A stretch of 64,000 nucleotides of DNA from an uncultured Methylophaga sp. (GCA_965215665.1 OZ244110.1:1627062-1691061); one strand, 5' to 3'; positions 10,241 through 22,576 are shown, counted from the stretch's first letter. Program-made: numbers and translations. The notes: a model not told the origin generated them from the sequence alone.

Positions 10241-10287
10241 CGCACCGAATTTGTGCATTTAAAATGTAATTGCCCGATCATGGCGCA
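10241..10287. promoter_or_regulatory. Tandem NtrC-type enhancer sites
   Basis: CGCACCG-AAT-TTGTGCA (10241-10257) and TGCCCGA-TCA-TGGCGCA (10271-10287) match TGCACCA-N3-TGGTGCA; 30 bp apart, about 75-120 bp upstream of the sigma54 motif. Confidence 0.7.
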
Positions 10288-10316
10288 TCATTTATCGCCA
10301 TTGCAGTCGATAATGA

Positions 10317-10350
10317 AAAAAAAAGCCCCTGATAACAGGGGCTCATTTTC
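10317..10350. terminator. Intrinsic terminator downstream of ssb
   Basis: AAAAAAAGCCCCTG-ATAA-CAGGGGCT hairpin with a U tract on the minus strand. Confidence 0.8.
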
Positions 10351-10381
10351 AATTGTTCACATTTAAGCGCTAAAGGGCTTT

Positions 10382-10882
10382 TTAAAACGGAATATCATCA
10401 TCGTAATAATCCGCTTCGCCGCCTGAACCATAATCCGGACCCGCAGATGCTGAAGCAGGTTGTGGGTTGTTGTAGTTACTTTTCGCTGCCGGTTGAGAAG
10501 GACGATTCTGGTTGTAGTCCTGATTATCGTTACTTCCGCCGCCACCAGCACCTTTGCTGTCCAGCATGGTCATTTCATTGCCAACGATTTCGGTGGTGTA
10601 TTGATCCTGGCCTTGCTGGTTTTGCCATTTACGTGTCTGAATACGGCCTTCAATATAGACTTGTGAGCCTTTACGCAGATATTGCTGAGCGATTTCACCC
10701 AGTTTATTGCGTAACACGACACGATGCCATTCGGTACGTTCCTGGCGCTCACCGGTTTGTTTGTCACGCCAGCTTTCTGAGGTCGCAATCCGCAAATTAC
10801 AGATCGAACCACCATTAGGAAAAGCCCGGCTTTCAGGATCAACCCCGAGTCTGCCAACCAGAATAACTTTGTTTACTGACAT
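10382..10882 (-). CDS. ssb: Single-stranded DNA-binding protein
   Basis: [19 protein letters not shown]-terminal DDDIPF. Confidence 0.98.
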   Translation of the reverse strand: MSVNKVILVGRLGVDPESRAFPNGGSICNLRIATSESWRDKQTGERQERTEWHRVVLRNKLGEIAQQYLRKGSQVYIEGRIQTRKWQNQQGQDQYTTEIVGNEMTMLDSKGAGGGGSNDNQDYNQNRPSQPAAKSNYNNPQPASASAGPDYGSGGEADYYDDDIPF

Positions 10883-10918
10883 GGTGAATTCCTTTACTAA
10901 TTCAAATTTTTGTTCATT

Positions 10919-12304
10919 TTACGCATAAATCAGACACGCTTCGAGCTCGTGCAAATCGATATCATCGGCGAGAAACTTCACGTACGCAATTCTCTCTTCC
11001 AGCACAATTACGATTTCAACCACGCCCTTAATAGCATTCAGCCGTTCTACAAATTCATCAGCAGTCTCGGCGGTGACTTCGTTTAATGGAACAATGCGAC
11101 TACTGTAATGTTTTGGCGCTTGCATCGGCAACATCATAATTAACCAACCTGCACTAATGAGCCCCGCTGACCAGAAGATCCAACTGATATCACCGAAACT
11201 ATATATAACACCACCCAATATACCGCCCAGAAAAGCACCAATAAATTGCGCGCTGGAATAGATGCCCATCGCGGTGCCCTTATTTTTAATCGGACTGAGT
11301 TTGGACATCATCGAAGGCAAGCTGGCTTCAAGAATATTAAATGCGGTGAAAAATAACCATAAGCAAATCATCAGCATGGCCAATGAACCGGGTAATAAAG
11401 CCCAGCCGATCTGAGCGACAGCCAGTACGGCAATTGCGCCAGTAAACACCAGTTTCATTTTGCGCTGTTTTTCGGCTATTAGAATAAACGGCACCATGCA
11501 GATAAATGCCAGTAATAACACTGGTAAATAGGTTAACGCTAAATCCGCTTTGGCGACGCCGGCAAAATCCTGCAAAGCAATCGGCAGTGCAAAAAAACTT
11601 AACGTGAGTAATAAATGGAGAATCAGAATACTGGCAACCAGCCGCATAATCGAAGTATTCGCTAATACCTCACCAATTTGCGCACGGGCAGGTTTCATAT
11701 CCTGATGTTGTTTGTGTTTATAAGGAGTGGGTACCCACCAATGCAACACAAACATGCCAAAAATAGCCATTAATGCGGTAGCCCAGAAGATGCCATCCAG
11801 TCCAATCCAGCTTTCTAAAGCCGCTCCACTGGCTAAAGCCACCGAAAAAGATAAACCAATGCTGATACCAATGGCGGCCATCGCTTTTGTGCGATGCTGA
11901 TCGCGGGTAAGGTCTGCGGTTAGGGCCATCACTACGGCAGCAATCGCGCCACTGCCTTGTAATAATCTACCAATAATGACAGTGTAGATTGAGTCTGCCA
12001 TGGCGGCTAACAGGCTACCGAGGGCAAACAGGATCAAACCCAGATATATGACCTTCTTACGACCAATCCGGTCGGAGAGCATGCCAAACGGAATTTGCAA
12101 CAGCGCCTGCGTTAAACCATAGGCACCAATCGCGAGACCTATTAATAGAGGCGTGCTGTGTGAATATTGTTGAGCGGAGAGCGAAAATACCGGCAAAATC
12201 ATAAACAAACCCAGCATACGCAGGGCGAAGATGACAGATAAACCGGAAATAGTACGTTTCTCCAGCGCACTAAGTGCGTCAGGTGTGGCTTGCTTTTGCG
12301 TCAT
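10919..12304 (-). CDS. yajR: MFS transporter, YajR-like with C-terminal soluble domain
   Basis: LRMLGLFMILPV, GMLSDRIGRKK MFS motif A, TAMGIYSSAQF; usual position between ssb and uvrA. Confidence 0.8.
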   Translation of the reverse strand: MTQKQATPDALSALEKRTISGLSVIFALRMLGLFMILPVFSLSAQQYSHSTPLLIGLAIGAYGLTQALLQIPFGMLSDRIGRKKVIYLGLILFALGSLLAAMADSIYTVIIGRLLQGSGAIAAVVMALTADLTRDQHRTKAMAAIGISIGLSFSVALASGAALESWIGLDGIFWATALMAIFGMFVLHWWVPTPYKHKQHQDMKPARAQIGEVLANTSIMRLVASILILHLLLTLSFFALPIALQDFAGVAKADLALTYLPVLLLAFICMVPFILIAEKQRKMKLVFTGAIAVLAVAQIGWALLPGSLAMLMICLWLFFTAFNILEASLPSMMSKLSPIKNKGTAMGIYSSAQFIGAFLGGILGGVIYSFGDISWIFWSAGLISAGWLIMMLPMQAPKHYSSRIVPLNEVTAETADEFVERLNAIKGVVEIVIVLEERIAYVKFLADDIDLHELEACLIYA

Positions 12305-12354
12305 GATAGGGTGACAGAGTATATTGATCCGTTGGATTTTACTACGGAACAGGC

Positions 12355-15174
12355 ATGAAAAAAATCAGTATTCGCGGCGCCCGTACGCACAACCTCAAAA
12401 ACATCGATCTGGACCTGCCCAGAGATGCGCTGATTGTGATTACCGGCTTGTCTGGATCAGGCAAATCGTCACTGGCTTTTGATACCTTATATGCGGAAGG
12501 TCAGCGGCGTTATGTGGAATCGCTGTCAGCCTATGCCAGACAGTTTTTATCGATGATGGAAAAACCCGATGTGGATCATATCGAAGGGCTTTCACCGGCG
12601 ATTTCGATTGAACAAAAGTCGACATCACATAATCCGCGTTCTACCGTCGGCACCATCACCGAAATCTACGATTATTTAAGATTATTATTGGCTAGAGCCG
12701 GTGAGCCGCGCTGCCCAACGCATCATCTGCCGCTGGAAGCACAAACCGTCAGTCAGATGGTGGACACTGTATTAGCCATGCCCGAAGGCAAACGTTTAAT
12801 GCTATTGGCTCCGGTGATTCAGGATCGCAAGGGTGAACATCTGTCAGTGTTTGAAGGATTGCGGGCCCAAGGGTTTGTTCGTGCCAGAGTCAATGGTGAA
12901 GTCGTTGAACTGGATGATCCACCGGAACTCGAATTACGCAAAAAACACACGATAGAAGCCGTGGTTGACCGTTTTAAAGTACGCGAAGACCTGCAACAAC
13001 GTCTGGCCGAATCGTTTGAAACGGCACTGAAATTAGCCGATGGTGTGGCCAAAGTCGTCTCGATGGATGATGACTCGGATCAAACATTATTTTCGGCCCG
13101 TTTTGCCTGCTCTGAGTGTGGCTATTCAATAGCCGAACTTGAACCACGGATGTTTTCATTCAACAACCCGGCTGGGGCTTGCCCGACCTGCGATGGTCTG
13201 GGCATCAAGCAGTTTGTTGATCCTTCCCGAGTCGTTGCACATCCTGAACTGAGTTTGGCGGCTGGTGCCATTCGCGGATGGGATCGTCGTAATGCCTATT
13301 ATTATCAAATGATTCTATCGCTGGCCGATCACTTTGAATTTAATATTGATGCGGCATTTGACTCATTACCGGAAAATGTCCGGCAAGTGATTTTGTATGG
13401 CAGTGGTCGTACTGAAATTGATTTCAGTTATATCAGTGATCGTGGCAAACGAGTAAGCCGAAAACATGCTTTTGAAGGCATTATTCCCAACCTGCAACGC
13501 CGTTATCATGAGACTGAATCGGGTAGTGTGCGTGATGAATTGGCGAAATTCCATTCAATCAGAGCCTGTCCGGATTGTCATGGCACCCGCTTACGGGAAG
13601 CTTCGCGTAATGTATTTATCAATGAAACCAATTTGCCAGAGATAACGGCGATGCCGATTGGTGAGGCCACCCAGTTTTTCCAGCAACTAGAGCTACCTGG
13701 TAAACGTGGAGAGATCGCCAGCAAGATAGTCAGCGAGATTAGTGCCCGTTTGAGTTTTCTGGTTAATGTCGGATTGGATTACCTGTCACTGGCGCGCAGT
13801 GCCGATACCTTATCCGGTGGTGAAGCGCAGCGTATCCGTCTTGCCAGCCAGATCGGTGCCGGTCTGGTCGGTGTGATGTATATTCTTGATGAACCCTCCA
13901 TCGGTCTGCATCAACGTGACAATGATCGTCTGTTGGGAACACTGACCCGGCTGCGTGATTTGGGAAATACGGTGATTGTGGTTGAACATGATGAGGATGC
14001 GATCCGCAGTGCCGATTATGTTCTGGATATCGGGCCGGGTGCCGGGGTCCATGGGGGTGAAATTGTGGCGCAGGGCACGCCAGAAGATATTATGAAAAGT
14101 GAGCATTCGCTTACCGGACAGTACCTTTCTGGCCGTCGGAAAATTGAAATACCAGCTAAACGTGAAACCGCCCATGCTGGTAAGTCCATTGGCCTGCGTG
14201 GCGCCTGCGGTAATAACCTGAAACATGTCGATGTCGATATTCCGATAGGTCTGATGACTTGTGTGACCGGCGTGTCTGGTTCAGGAAAGTCCACCTTAAT
14301 TAACGAAACGTTGCTAAAGCTGACTTCCAAGACATTAAATGGTGCTTCGGAAGAACCCGCCCCGCATACCGATATTCTTGGCCTGGAACAGTTGGATAAA
14401 GTCGTGGCGATTAATCAAAGCCCGATTGGTCGGACGCCGCGCTCCAATCCTGCCACCTACACTGGATTATTTACACCGATAAGGGAATTGTTTGCTGGCA
14501 CACAGGAAGCACGGGCCAGAGGTTATGGACCTGGAAGATTTAGCTTTAATGTTAAAGGTGGACGTTGTGAAGCCTGTCAGGGTGACGGTCTGATTAAGGT
14601 CGAAATGCACTTTTTACCCGATATTTATGTGCCTTGTGACGTCTGTAAAGGTAAGCGCTACAATCGTGAAACCCTGGATATTCGCTATAAAGGTAAAACC
14701 ATCACTGAAGTGCTGGATATGACTATCGAAGATGCCAATGTGTTTTTTGAAAATATTCCGGTGGTGGCGAAAAAACTGCAAACCCTGATTGATGTCGGTC
14801 TGACCTATATCAAGCTGGGGCAGAACGCTACAACGCTTTCCGGTGGTGAAGCCCAGCGGGTCAAACTGGCCAAAGAGTTATCAAAGCGTGATACCGGTAA
14901 AACACTGTATATCCTTGATGAGCCGACCACAGGGCTGCATTTTTACGATATTGAGCAACTGCTAAAAGTCTTGCATCACTTACGCGACCGGGGTAACACT
15001 ATTGTGGTGATTGAGCATAATCTGGATGTGGTAAAAACCGCCGACTGGGTAATTGATATGGGCCCTGAGGGTGGCGCTGGCGGTGGAGAAGTGATTGCTG
15101 TCGGAACGCCGGAGCAAATCACCGAATATCCACGTTCGCATACCGGACATTATCTGAAGTCATTATTGAAATGA
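12355..15174 (+). CDS. uvrA: Excinuclease ABC subunit A
   Basis: [10 protein letters not shown], two Walker A motifs ([16 protein letters not shown]), LSGGEAQR twice, zinc fingers. Confidence 0.99.
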   Translation: MKKISIRGARTHNLKNIDLDLPRDALIVITGLSGSGKSSLAFDTLYAEGQRRYVESLSAYARQFLSMMEKPDVDHIEGLSPAISIEQKSTSHNPRSTVGTITEIYDYLRLLLARAGEPRCPTHHLPLEAQTVSQMVDTVLAMPEGKRLMLLAPVIQDRKGEHLSVFEGLRAQGFVRARVNGEVVELDDPPELELRKKHTIEAVVDRFKVREDLQQRLAESFETALKLADGVAKVVSMDDDSDQTLFSARFACSECGYSIAELEPRMFSFNNPAGACPTCDGLGIKQFVDPSRVVAHPELSLAAGAIRGWDRRNAYYYQMILSLADHFEFNIDAAFDSLPENVRQVILYGSGRTEIDFSYISDRGKRVSRKHAFEGIIPNLQRRYHETESGSVRDELAKFHSIRACPDCHGTRLREASRNVFINETNLPEITAMPIGEATQFFQQLELPGKRGEIASKIVSEISARLSFLVNVGLDYLSLARSADTLSGGEAQRIRLASQIGAGLVGVMYILDEPSIGLHQRDNDRLLGTLTRLRDLGNTVIVVEHDEDAIRSADYVLDIGPGAGVHGGEIVAQGTPEDIMKSEHSLTGQYLSGRRKIEIPAKRETAHAGKSIGLRGACGNNLKHVDVDIPIGLMTCVTGVSGSGKSTLINETLLKLTSKTLNGASEEPAPHTDILGLEQLDKVVAINQSPIGRTPRSNPATYTGLFTPIRELFAGTQEARARGYGPGRFSFNVKGGRCEACQGDGLIKVEMHFLPDIYVPCDVCKGKRYNRETLDIRYKGKTITEVLDMTIEDANVFFENIPVVAKKLQTLIDVGLTYIKLGQNATTLSGGEAQRVKLAKELSKRDTGKTLYILDEPTTGLHFYDIEQLLKVLHHLRDRGNTIVVIEHNLDVVKTADWVIDMGPEGGAGGGEVIAVGTPEQITEYPRSHTGHYLKSLLK

Positions 15175-15794
15175 GTCTTGAACAAGAAATGAAACTCGCC
15201 GTGAATGGCGAGACCAAACTGAACCTTGCTGATCTGGAATGGCTGCAAGCTATGGTCAGTGAGCAAAAACAGTTGCATCTGCGGACGGAGTATTTTGATA
15301 CTCCGCAACTGAAACTGAAACAGCAGGGCATCGCTTTACGTATGCGACAGATCGACGATCAATGGCTGCAAACCGTTAAAACCAGTGGCAACGTTCAGGA
15401 TGGTCTGCATCAGCGTGAAGAGTGGGAACATCCGATCATTAATGGTGAGTTTGATCTGCCATTGCTACGGCAGACTCCCTTAGCGCCGATTGTCGATGAC
15501 AGTGGCAGCTGGAAGCAGTTGCAGCGTCTGTTCTATACCGAATTTGACCGGGATATTCTTATGCTGGAAGCCGATCAGGACACCCTGATTGAGCTGGCGT
15601 ACGACTTTGGCGAAGCCGTTTCGGGTAACAACAAGGCGGTCATTCATGAAGTTGAACTGGAGTTACGTCACGGTTCACTTGAGGTGTTACAGCAAATTGC
15701 AGAAAAGCTTAAGTCAGAATTGCCGCTGAGTTATAACAACCGCAGTAAAGCCGAGACGGGTTATCAGTTATATCAACAACAAAATACTGACTGA
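15171..15794 (+). CDS. CYTH-domain protein (YgiF-like triphosphatase)
   Basis: N-terminal EQEMK (ExExK-like), YFDTP, LRMR, QTVK, EVELEL, SKAETGY. Confidence 0.85.
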   Translation: MSLEQEMKLAVNGETKLNLADLEWLQAMVSEQKQLHLRTEYFDTPQLKLKQQGIALRMRQIDDQWLQTVKTSGNVQDGLHQREEWEHPIINGEFDLPLLRQTPLAPIVDDSGSWKQLQRLFYTEFDRDILMLEADQDTLIELAYDFGEAVSGNNKAVIHEVELELRHGSLEVLQQIAEKLKSELPLSYNNRSKAETGYQLYQQQNTD

Positions 15795-15798
15795 ATAG

Positions 15799-16845
15799 CT
15801 ATCGGGCCGACAGACCTCGGGCACTTTCAAACTTCCAGGTGCGGATAATGGTGAGCATGTCATTATTTTGCAGGACATCTTCGGGGATTGCGGCATACGG
15901 AGCACCTAAACGCACAATTCTCACAGCGGCATCATCCAGTACCTTATGCCCGGATGATCGCGATACCACAATGCCATCGGGGGGCACACTGCCATCCGGT
16001 TTGATATCTACTGATAGCATCAAGCTGCCATTAACGCCTTTATCCTTGGCTTCCTGCGGATAATTCATATTGCCAATCCGCTCAACTTTCATTGCCCAGG
16101 CCCGCATATAAGCGGCAGCTGCATATTCTTTAGTGGCTGCTGATATACGACGTTTTTTTGGAGTTTCACTTAACGCCCGGCTGTTATATTCCAGCGTGCT
16201 CTGTAGTGATCCGATTTCGCTTCTTGCACGGGCAATCAGCTCTGCACCAGAAACTTTTGGCGTAATCTCTGCTGTTTCTTCAACGGTATCGACGGTCTCT
16301 TCAGTGACAATTTCAGAAGTCTCTACCTTACGAACAGCCTTTTCAGCCGTGACTTTTTTGCTGGCGGTTTCGGGCTCGGGTTTTGCTTCGTCCACTGGTT
16401 TTGCAGCTGGTGGCTCTGGAACCACCTTTTCAGCTGGCGCTTCTGCTGGAGGGGATGGCTCAACAGGCGAAGCCAGTTCTACATCGGGTTCGGGGATAAC
16501 CGGTTCAACAGGAACGGGATCCAGTTCCGTAATCGCGGGAGATACGGGATCTGTTGATGCGGGAGTCTCTTCGGCAATCGGTACCGGTAATTCTGGCGTT
16601 GGCTCAGGTGATTTTTCATCAGTTTCGCCACCACCCTCATTATTCACCTGGGCAAGATAACTGGCTTCTTCCGGCTCCTGCTCGGTTTGTTGTTTGACCA
16701 ACGTGATATCAAGCTGATTGACTGGCGCGTTGGTCGGTGGAGAAAAAACATTAAAACTGATGGCAAACACCACGATTACATGCAAAATAACCGACCCGAT
16801 AAGGGTCAGTATCATCCGATCAGTGGCACTGCTGGTCGAAATCAT
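15799..16845 (-). CDS. TonB-family energy transducer (TonB3-like)
   Basis: N-terminal TM helix with His, long Pro/Glu-rich linker, C-terminal KVERIGNMNYP...SSGHKVLDDAA...IIRTWKF; downstream of gshB as for Pseudomonas tonB3. Confidence 0.82.
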   Translation of the reverse strand: MISTSSATDRMILTLIGSVILHVIVVFAISFNVFSPPTNAPVNQLDITLVKQQTEQEPEEASYLAQVNNEGGGETDEKSPEPTPELPVPIAEETPASTDPVSPAITELDPVPVEPVIPEPDVELASPVEPSPPAEAPAEKVVPEPPAAKPVDEAKPEPETASKKVTAEKAVRKVETSEIVTEETVDTVEETAEITPKVSGAELIARARSEIGSLQSTLEYNSRALSETPKKRRISAATKEYAAAAYMRAWAMKVERIGNMNYPQEAKDKGVNGSLMLSVDIKPDGSVPPDGIVVSRSSGHKVLDDAAVRIVRLGAPYAAIPEDVLQNNDMLTIIRTWKFESARGLSAR

Positions 16846-16849
16846 TCGC

Positions 16850-17896
16850 TCACTCGTGGGGGATTTCGCGAATCACCGGTTCGCCATCATGCCCGGTTAA
16901 TCTGACGCGTTTTTGCATAGCAGGACTCATTTCAACCTGACCATCTTCTGTTACCAGCATCACCATATCAATTCCCATTTCTGCTGCAATGGTTGGCCAG
17001 TCACTTCCGGCCACAAATATTGCTGTTGCTGCGGCATCAGCCATTGAGGCGTTATCATGAATTACTGTAGACGACATGGCCTGATCGGCTGGATAACCTG
17101 TACGCGGATCCAGTATATGTGGATAGCGTTTACCTTCGTAGGTAAAAAATCGTTCGTAATCACCGGAACTGAACACACTTTCATCATCGCTGACAGCGAC
17201 CGAGGCTAGCACTCTGTCATGTCTGGGATGACGAATACCAATAATCCAGGGACGCTCGCCATGAGTCCCTATGGCACGTAAATCACCACCAATATTGACC
17301 ACGGCATTTTCAATACCCTGTTGCTGCAGAATGGCGATAGCGTTATCAACTGCATAACCTTTAGCAAAACCGCCAAAGCCAAGTCTTACTGCAGTGTTGT
17401 TACTGGTTAATTGACCATTTTCGATAACGATATCATCCATCGTCGGGCTGACAGCCAGCCATGCATCGATATCAGCCTGTGGGGGAGGTGGACGGGATTC
17501 AAACCAGTCATCCTGCTCATATCCCCATAATGCAAACAAATTACCGGCTGCAGGATTAAACAAATGGCCACTCTCTTTCGCCAGTTTCTGAGCCAGTAAA
17601 ATCACACTGGCAACATTATCATCCACCGCTATAGGTTCTTCTGCAGCAATTGCATCATTTATTTTGGTTAATACACTGGGCTGCCAGGCATGCCACAGGT
17701 CATTTACTTCTGAAAAGGATTGCTCCAGCGTATCAATGGTTTTGGCTGCCGTTTCTTCATCAACACCGTACAGGCTGACATCGATTTCGGTGCCAAAAGC
17801 ATAAAACTTGGCTTGTAACGCCCGGTCCTGGTCACCACACGCAGTTAATAAACTTAGACCAATAACTAATAAAAGGCTGTATAAAACAGTCTTCAT
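16850..17896 (-). CDS. apbE: FAD:protein FMN transferase (ApbE lipoprotein)
   Basis: Lipobox LTAC, GGFAKGYAVD, NIGGDL, SGDYERF, HILDPRTGYP. Confidence 0.93.
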   Translation of the reverse strand: MKTVLYSLLLVIGLSLLTACGDQDRALQAKFYAFGTEIDVSLYGVDEETAAKTIDTLEQSFSEVNDLWHAWQPSVLTKINDAIAAEEPIAVDDNVASVILLAQKLAKESGHLFNPAAGNLFALWGYEQDDWFESRPPPPQADIDAWLAVSPTMDDIVIENGQLTSNNTAVRLGFGGFAKGYAVDNAIAILQQQGIENAVVNIGGDLRAIGTHGERPWIIGIRHPRHDRVLASVAVSDDESVFSSGDYERFFTYEGKRYPHILDPRTGYPADQAMSSTVIHDNASMADAAATAIFVAGSDWPTIAAEMGIDMVMLVTEDGQVEMSPAMQKRVRLTGHDGEPVIREIPHE

Positions 17897-18837
17897 AAAT
17901 GTGCCTCAATACAATTCATCAAATCACCGGCAATATTCAGGTTGAATTGCCGATCCAGCTCACGGATACAGGTTGGGCTGGTGACATTAATTTCGGTAAG
18001 GTAATCACCAATCACATCCAGACCAACAAATAACAAACCTTTTTCACGTAATTTCGGTCCGACTTGCTGGCAGATCCAGCGGTCTCTTTCGGTAAGAGGG
18101 CGACCTTCACCCCGACCACCCGCTGCCAAATTGCCACGTGTTTCGCCATCCGCAGGGATTCGGGCCAAGGCGAAGGGAACTGGTTCGCCGTTAATCAGCA
18201 AAATACGTTTATCGCCGTCTTTAATTGCAGGTAAATACTGCTGCACCATCACCGATTTTTTGCCTTGCTCGGTAAGCGTTTCGACAATCACCGAAAAATT
18301 CGGATCGCCTTGACTGACTTTGAAAATTGAAGCGCCGCCCATGCCATCCAATGGTTTGATAATAATATCGCCATGTTGTTGCTGAAATTCACGCATCAGT
18401 TGTTTTTTTCGGGTGACTAAGGTGGGCGGACAACATTGTGGAAACCATGCGGTAAACAGTTTTTCGTTGGCATCACGCAGGCTTTGTGGATGGTTTACCA
18501 CTAATACACCCTCGGACTGAGCCTGTTCCAGCAAGTAAGTGCTGTAGATATATTCCATATCAAATGGGGGATCTATGCGCATCAGGATCGCATCAAGTTC
18601 GTTAAGCCTGCGGGTTGTTGGTTCGCCTAATTGATACCAGTTATTGGCATCTTCCGTGACATGTAAATCCCGCATGCTGGCCATGACTTTGCCCTGGCTC
18701 AGATACAGATCCTGTTGTTCCATATATTGAATGGTCCAGCCCTTGGCCTGAGCAGCCAATAGCATCGCAAAACTGCTGTCTTTTTTGATATTGATGGCCG
18801 AAATGGGATCCATCACGATGCCGATAAGTCGCGACAT
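17893..18837 (-). CDS. gshB: Glutathione synthetase
   Basis: MDPISAINIKKDSSFAM, MRIDPPFD, KPLDGMGG, RGNLAAGG, EINVTSPT; start placed at ATG 18837. Confidence 0.97.
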   Translation of the reverse strand: MSRLIGIVMDPISAINIKKDSSFAMLLAAQAKGWTIQYMEQQDLYLSQGKVMASMRDLHVTEDANNWYQLGEPTTRRLNELDAILMRIDPPFDMEYIYSTYLLEQAQSEGVLVVNHPQSLRDANEKLFTAWFPQCCPPTLVTRKKQLMREFQQQHGDIIIKPLDGMGGASIFKVSQGDPNFSVIVETLTEQGKKSVMVQQYLPAIKDGDKRILLINGEPVPFALARIPADGETRGNLAAGGRGEGRPLTERDRWICQQVGPKLREKGLLFVGLDVIGDYLTEINVTSPTCIRELDRQFNLNIAGDLMNCIEAHL

Positions 18838-19016
18838 AATTCTGCTCTTTAACAAAAATTAAGGTGGCTGCATTGTACCGTATCTGTTTCTTTGCAGTGA
18901 CAGTCGCATCAGTCAAACCGTCAAGCGCATAAATTCATTACTGAGTTGTCTCTACAAGCCACTGCTTTATTCGCTATAATCAGTGCATTTTTAGTCATGC
19001 GAAGACAATTTTCTCA

Positions 19017-19952
19017 ATGAGTGATTCTGCGGCAACTGTGGCGGCCACGCCAAAAACTTTTCAGGAACTGATTCTACGTCTGCAACAATACTGGGCGGAA
19101 CAAGGCTGTGTGTTATTGCAACCTTATGATATGGAGGTTGGAGCGGGTACGTTCCACCCGGCAACCTTCCTGCGAGCTATTGGCCCGGAGCCCTGGAGTG
19201 CGGCGTATGTGCAACCCTCCCGTCGTCCGACAGATGGTCGTTATGGCGATAATCCGAACCGACTGCAGCATTATTACCAGTTTCAGGTGCTGATCAAACC
19301 ATCGCCTTTGAATATTCAGGAACTGTATCTGGGCTCATTAAGAATGCTGGGGATTGATACCACCATTCACGATATTCGCTTTGTAGAAGATAACTGGGAA
19401 TCACCTACATTAGGTGCCTGGGGACTGGGTTGGGAAGTCTGGCTCAATGGCATGGAGGTGACACAGTTCACCTACTTCCAGCAGGTTGGCGGCCTCGAAT
19501 GTAAACCCGTCAGCGGTGAAATCACTTATGGCCTGGAACGTATCGCCATGTATCTGCAAGGCGTAGCCAGTGTTTATGATTTAGTCTGGGCAGATGGTCC
19601 ACTCGGCAAAGTGACTTATGGCGATGTGTTTCACCAGAATGAAGTCGAAATGTCGACCTACAACTTTGAACATGCCAATACCGAACATCTGTTTCAGCAG
19701 TTCGATACCTGTGAAAAAGAGAGTGAAAGAATGATTGCAGCGGGCTTGCCATTACCTGCTTATGAAATGGTTTTAAAAGCATCACATACCTTTAATCTGC
19801 TCGACGCACGTAAAGCGATCTCAGTCACTGAAAGACAGCGCTTTATTCTGCGTGTCAGAACATTGGCCAGAGCAGTAGCTCAGGCTTACTACGACAGACG
19901 TGAATCCCTGGGCTTTCCGATGTTAAGTAAACAGGATGAGGTGCAGTCATGA
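19017..19952 (+). CDS. glyQ: Glycine-tRNA ligase alpha subunit
   Basis: [45 protein letters not shown]. Confidence 0.99.
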   Translation: MSDSAATVAATPKTFQELILRLQQYWAEQGCVLLQPYDMEVGAGTFHPATFLRAIGPEPWSAAYVQPSRRPTDGRYGDNPNRLQHYYQFQVLIKPSPLNIQELYLGSLRMLGIDTTIHDIRFVEDNWESPTLGAWGLGWEVWLNGMEVTQFTYFQQVGGLECKPVSGEITYGLERIAMYLQGVASVYDLVWADGPLGKVTYGDVFHQNEVEMSTYNFEHANTEHLFQQFDTCEKESERMIAAGLPLPAYEMVLKASHTFNLLDARKAISVTERQRFILRVRTLARAVAQAYYDRRESLGFPMLSKQDEVQS

Positions 19953-22027
19953 GTGATGTACGTGATTTCCTGCTAGAGCTTGGCACTGAGGAGTTACCGC
20001 CCAAAGCCCTTTCGACTTTAAGTGAAGCTTTACTGAAAGGTGTTGAAAAAGGGTTAACTGAGGCAGAACTCACTTTCTCAACGTCAAAAGCCTATGCCAG
20101 TCCACGTCGGTTGGCGGTAGTGATTACTGGCCTCCAGACTCACCAAGCGGATCGTAATATCGAAAAGCGTGGTCCCGCCGTTACCGCTGCTTTTGATGAA
20201 GAAGGCAACCCGACCAAAGCGTTGCAGGGGTTTGCCCGTTCCTGTGGTGTGGATGTCGATGCACTGGAAACGCTGGAAACGGATAAAGGTGCCTGGTTAA
20301 TCTACCGCGAAAAACAGACGGGTCAGGCCGCCACTGAGTTACTGCCGGAAATTGTGAAGCAGTCCTTAGCAGCATTGCCAATTCCCAAGCGTATGCGTTG
20401 GGGCAGTTTATCTGAAGAATTTGTCAGACCCGTGCACTGGCTGATTTTGATGTTGGGAGATGAGATTATTCCAGCCAGCTTGCTGGGCGTGCAATCGAAT
20501 CAACTAAGTTATGGACATCGTTTCCATCATCCCCAGGCGATTCGCATCAGCAGCCCACAAACCTATGCGCCGCAATTGCTTAGCGAAGGGCATGTGATGG
20601 TTGATTTTGCTGAGCGTCGCGAAGCCATTCGCGGACAGGTCAATGAATTGGCCAGCCAACTGGGTGGTCAGGCCATTATTGATGATGAATTGCTCAATGA
20701 AGTCACCGGTCTGGTGGAATGGCCGGTTGCCTTATCGGGTGAGTTTGAAAAGCGTTTTCTGGAATTACCGTCGCAGGCATTGATCTCCTCAATGCAGGGC
20801 CATCAAAAATATTTCCCGGTAGAAGATGCGACTGGCAAGTTACTGCCGTTTTTTATTACGGTTTGTAATATCGAAAGTCGTGATCCGGCGCAGGTTATTG
20901 CCGGTAATGAACGGGTGATTCTGCCGCGGTTAAGCGATGCTGCGTTTTTCTGGGATACTGATAGAAAACGTCCATTAGCGGATCGTCAGGAACAACTGAA
21001 AACCATCGTGTTCCAGAATCAACTGGGCACGGTCTTTGATAAATCCCAACGTGTTGCGAAACTGGCTGGTTTTATTGCAGGTAAAATTGATGGCGACAAG
21101 GATTTGGCCGAACGTTCTGCCATGTTGGCCAAATGTGATCTGGTCACTGAAATGGTCGGTGAATTCCCCGAACTGCAAGGCATTATGGGTAGCTTCTATG
21201 CACGTCTTGATGGCGAGCAGGAAGAACTTGCTTTGGCGATGGATGAACAATATTTACCGCGCTTTGCCGGTGATGCATTGCCACAGGGTAAGACTGGGCA
21301 GGCACTGAGCCTGGCTGAGAAAATCGATACTCTATGTGGTCTGTTTGGTATTGGCCAACCGCCCTCAGGCGCCAAAGATCCCTTCGCCTTACGCCGGGCA
21401 GCCTTAGGCGTACTGAGGATTATCATCGAAAACAATCTGGATTTGGATCTGGCCGAGCTATTACAACAATCGGTTCAAAGTTACTATAAACAGCTTACTG
21501 AAACGGATATCGTGGCTCCGGTTATGCAATACCTATTTGATCGCTTGCGCGGCTACGCCGCTGATGCCGGCCATCATGGTGATGTGTTTGAAGCCGTTTT
21601 AGCCATACAACCTACACGCCCACTGGATTTCATGCAGCGTATGCAGGCTGTGTCTGCTTTCCGCGAGATGGAGCAAGCCGAAGCGCTGGCTGCAGGCAAT
21701 AAACGGATTGATAATATTTTGCGGAAAAATGGTGCCTATGAAGCCAGTCATCACTTAAATCCTGATTTACTGGAAGAAGCGGCCGAACATAAACTGGCTG
21801 AGACCTTACAGCAAGTCTCTGCAGATGTTGCTCCGATGATGAAAAAGGCGGACTACGCAGGAGTATTACGTCGACTGGCCGATATGCGCGACAGTATTGA
21901 TGCATTTTTTGACGAAGTAATGGTTATGGCAGAAGATGAAGCAATTCGTCATAATCGTTTGGCGTTACTGAATCAGACTCGGGCATTGTTTCTGGGTGTG
22001 GCGGATATTTCCCGATTACAAAATTAG
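19949..22027 (+). CDS. glyS: Glycine-tRNA ligase beta subunit
   Basis: [40 protein letters not shown]. Confidence 0.98.
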   Translation: MSDVRDFLLELGTEELPPKALSTLSEALLKGVEKGLTEAELTFSTSKAYASPRRLAVVITGLQTHQADRNIEKRGPAVTAAFDEEGNPTKALQGFARSCGVDVDALETLETDKGAWLIYREKQTGQAATELLPEIVKQSLAALPIPKRMRWGSLSEEFVRPVHWLILMLGDEIIPASLLGVQSNQLSYGHRFHHPQAIRISSPQTYAPQLLSEGHVMVDFAERREAIRGQVNELASQLGGQAIIDDELLNEVTGLVEWPVALSGEFEKRFLELPSQALISSMQGHQKYFPVEDATGKLLPFFITVCNIESRDPAQVIAGNERVILPRLSDAAFFWDTDRKRPLADRQEQLKTIVFQNQLGTVFDKSQRVAKLAGFIAGKIDGDKDLAERSAMLAKCDLVTEMVGEFPELQGIMGSFYARLDGEQEELALAMDEQYLPRFAGDALPQGKTGQALSLAEKIDTLCGLFGIGQPPSGAKDPFALRRAALGVLRIIIENNLDLDLAELLQQSVQSYYKQLTETDIVAPVMQYLFDRLRGYAADAGHHGDVFEAVLAIQPTRPLDFMQRMQAVSAFREMEQAEALAAGNKRIDNILRKNGAYEASHHLNPDLLEEAAEHKLAETLQQVSADVAPMMKKADYAGVLRRLADMRDSIDAFFDEVMVMAEDEAIRHNRLALLNQTRALFLGVADISRLQN

Positions 22028-22036
22028 GATGCGTAT

Positions 22037-22576
22037 ATGTCGCTGATAATTCTCGATCGTGATGGTGTGATAAACCATGATTCGGATGATTTTATTAAAT
22101 CTCCTTCAGAATGGGAGCCTATTGAAGGCAGTCTGGAAGCTATTGCGAGACTGAATTATGCTGGCTATCGGGTGGTGATCATTACCAATCAATCCGGCAT
22201 TGCCAGGGGCTTTCTGGATGTCGAAACCCTCAATCGCATTCACAGTAAAATGCGGCGAATGCTGGCGCAGGTTGGTGGACGCATTGAAGCCATTTTTTTC
22301 TGCCCACATGGGCCTGATGATAATTGTGACTGCCGAAAACCTAAAGACGCAGCGTTTAAAGAGCTTGCTCATCGATTGCGGGTGAATCTGGATCATGTGC
22401 CTGCGGTAGGCGATTCGCTGAGAGATATCCAGGCAGCACAGTCTGCTGGAGCCAAACCTATCCTGGTACGCACCGGAAAAGGTGAAAAGACTCTGAAGAA
22501 AGGCATTCCCAAGGATGTGCCGGTATATGACAATCTGGCTGCAGTGGCCGATGCATTGTTGGAAATCGTAATTTGA
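22037..22576 (+). CDS. gmhB: D-glycero-D-manno-heptose-1,7-bisphosphate 7-phosphatase
   Basis: HAD motif LDRDGVIN, TNQSGIARG, CPHGPDDNCDCRKP, GDSLRD. Confidence 0.93.
   Translation: MSLIILDRDGVINHDSDDFIKSPSEWEPIEGSLEAIARLNYAGYRVVIITNQSGIARGFLDVETLNRIHSKMRRMLAQVGGRIEAIFFCPHGPDDNCDCRKPKDAAFKELAHRLRVNLDHVPAVGDSLRDIQAAQSAGAKPILVRTGKGEKTLKKGIPKDVPVYDNLAAVADALLEIVI

Noticed and set aside
12305-12354. LexA box between yajR and uvrA
   Set aside because: No CTGT-N8-ACAG match in the short spacer.
16133-16660. 175-aa plus-strand ORF and Pro/Glu-rich low-complexity stretch
   Set aside because: Antisense shadow of the ordinary proline-rich TonB linker.
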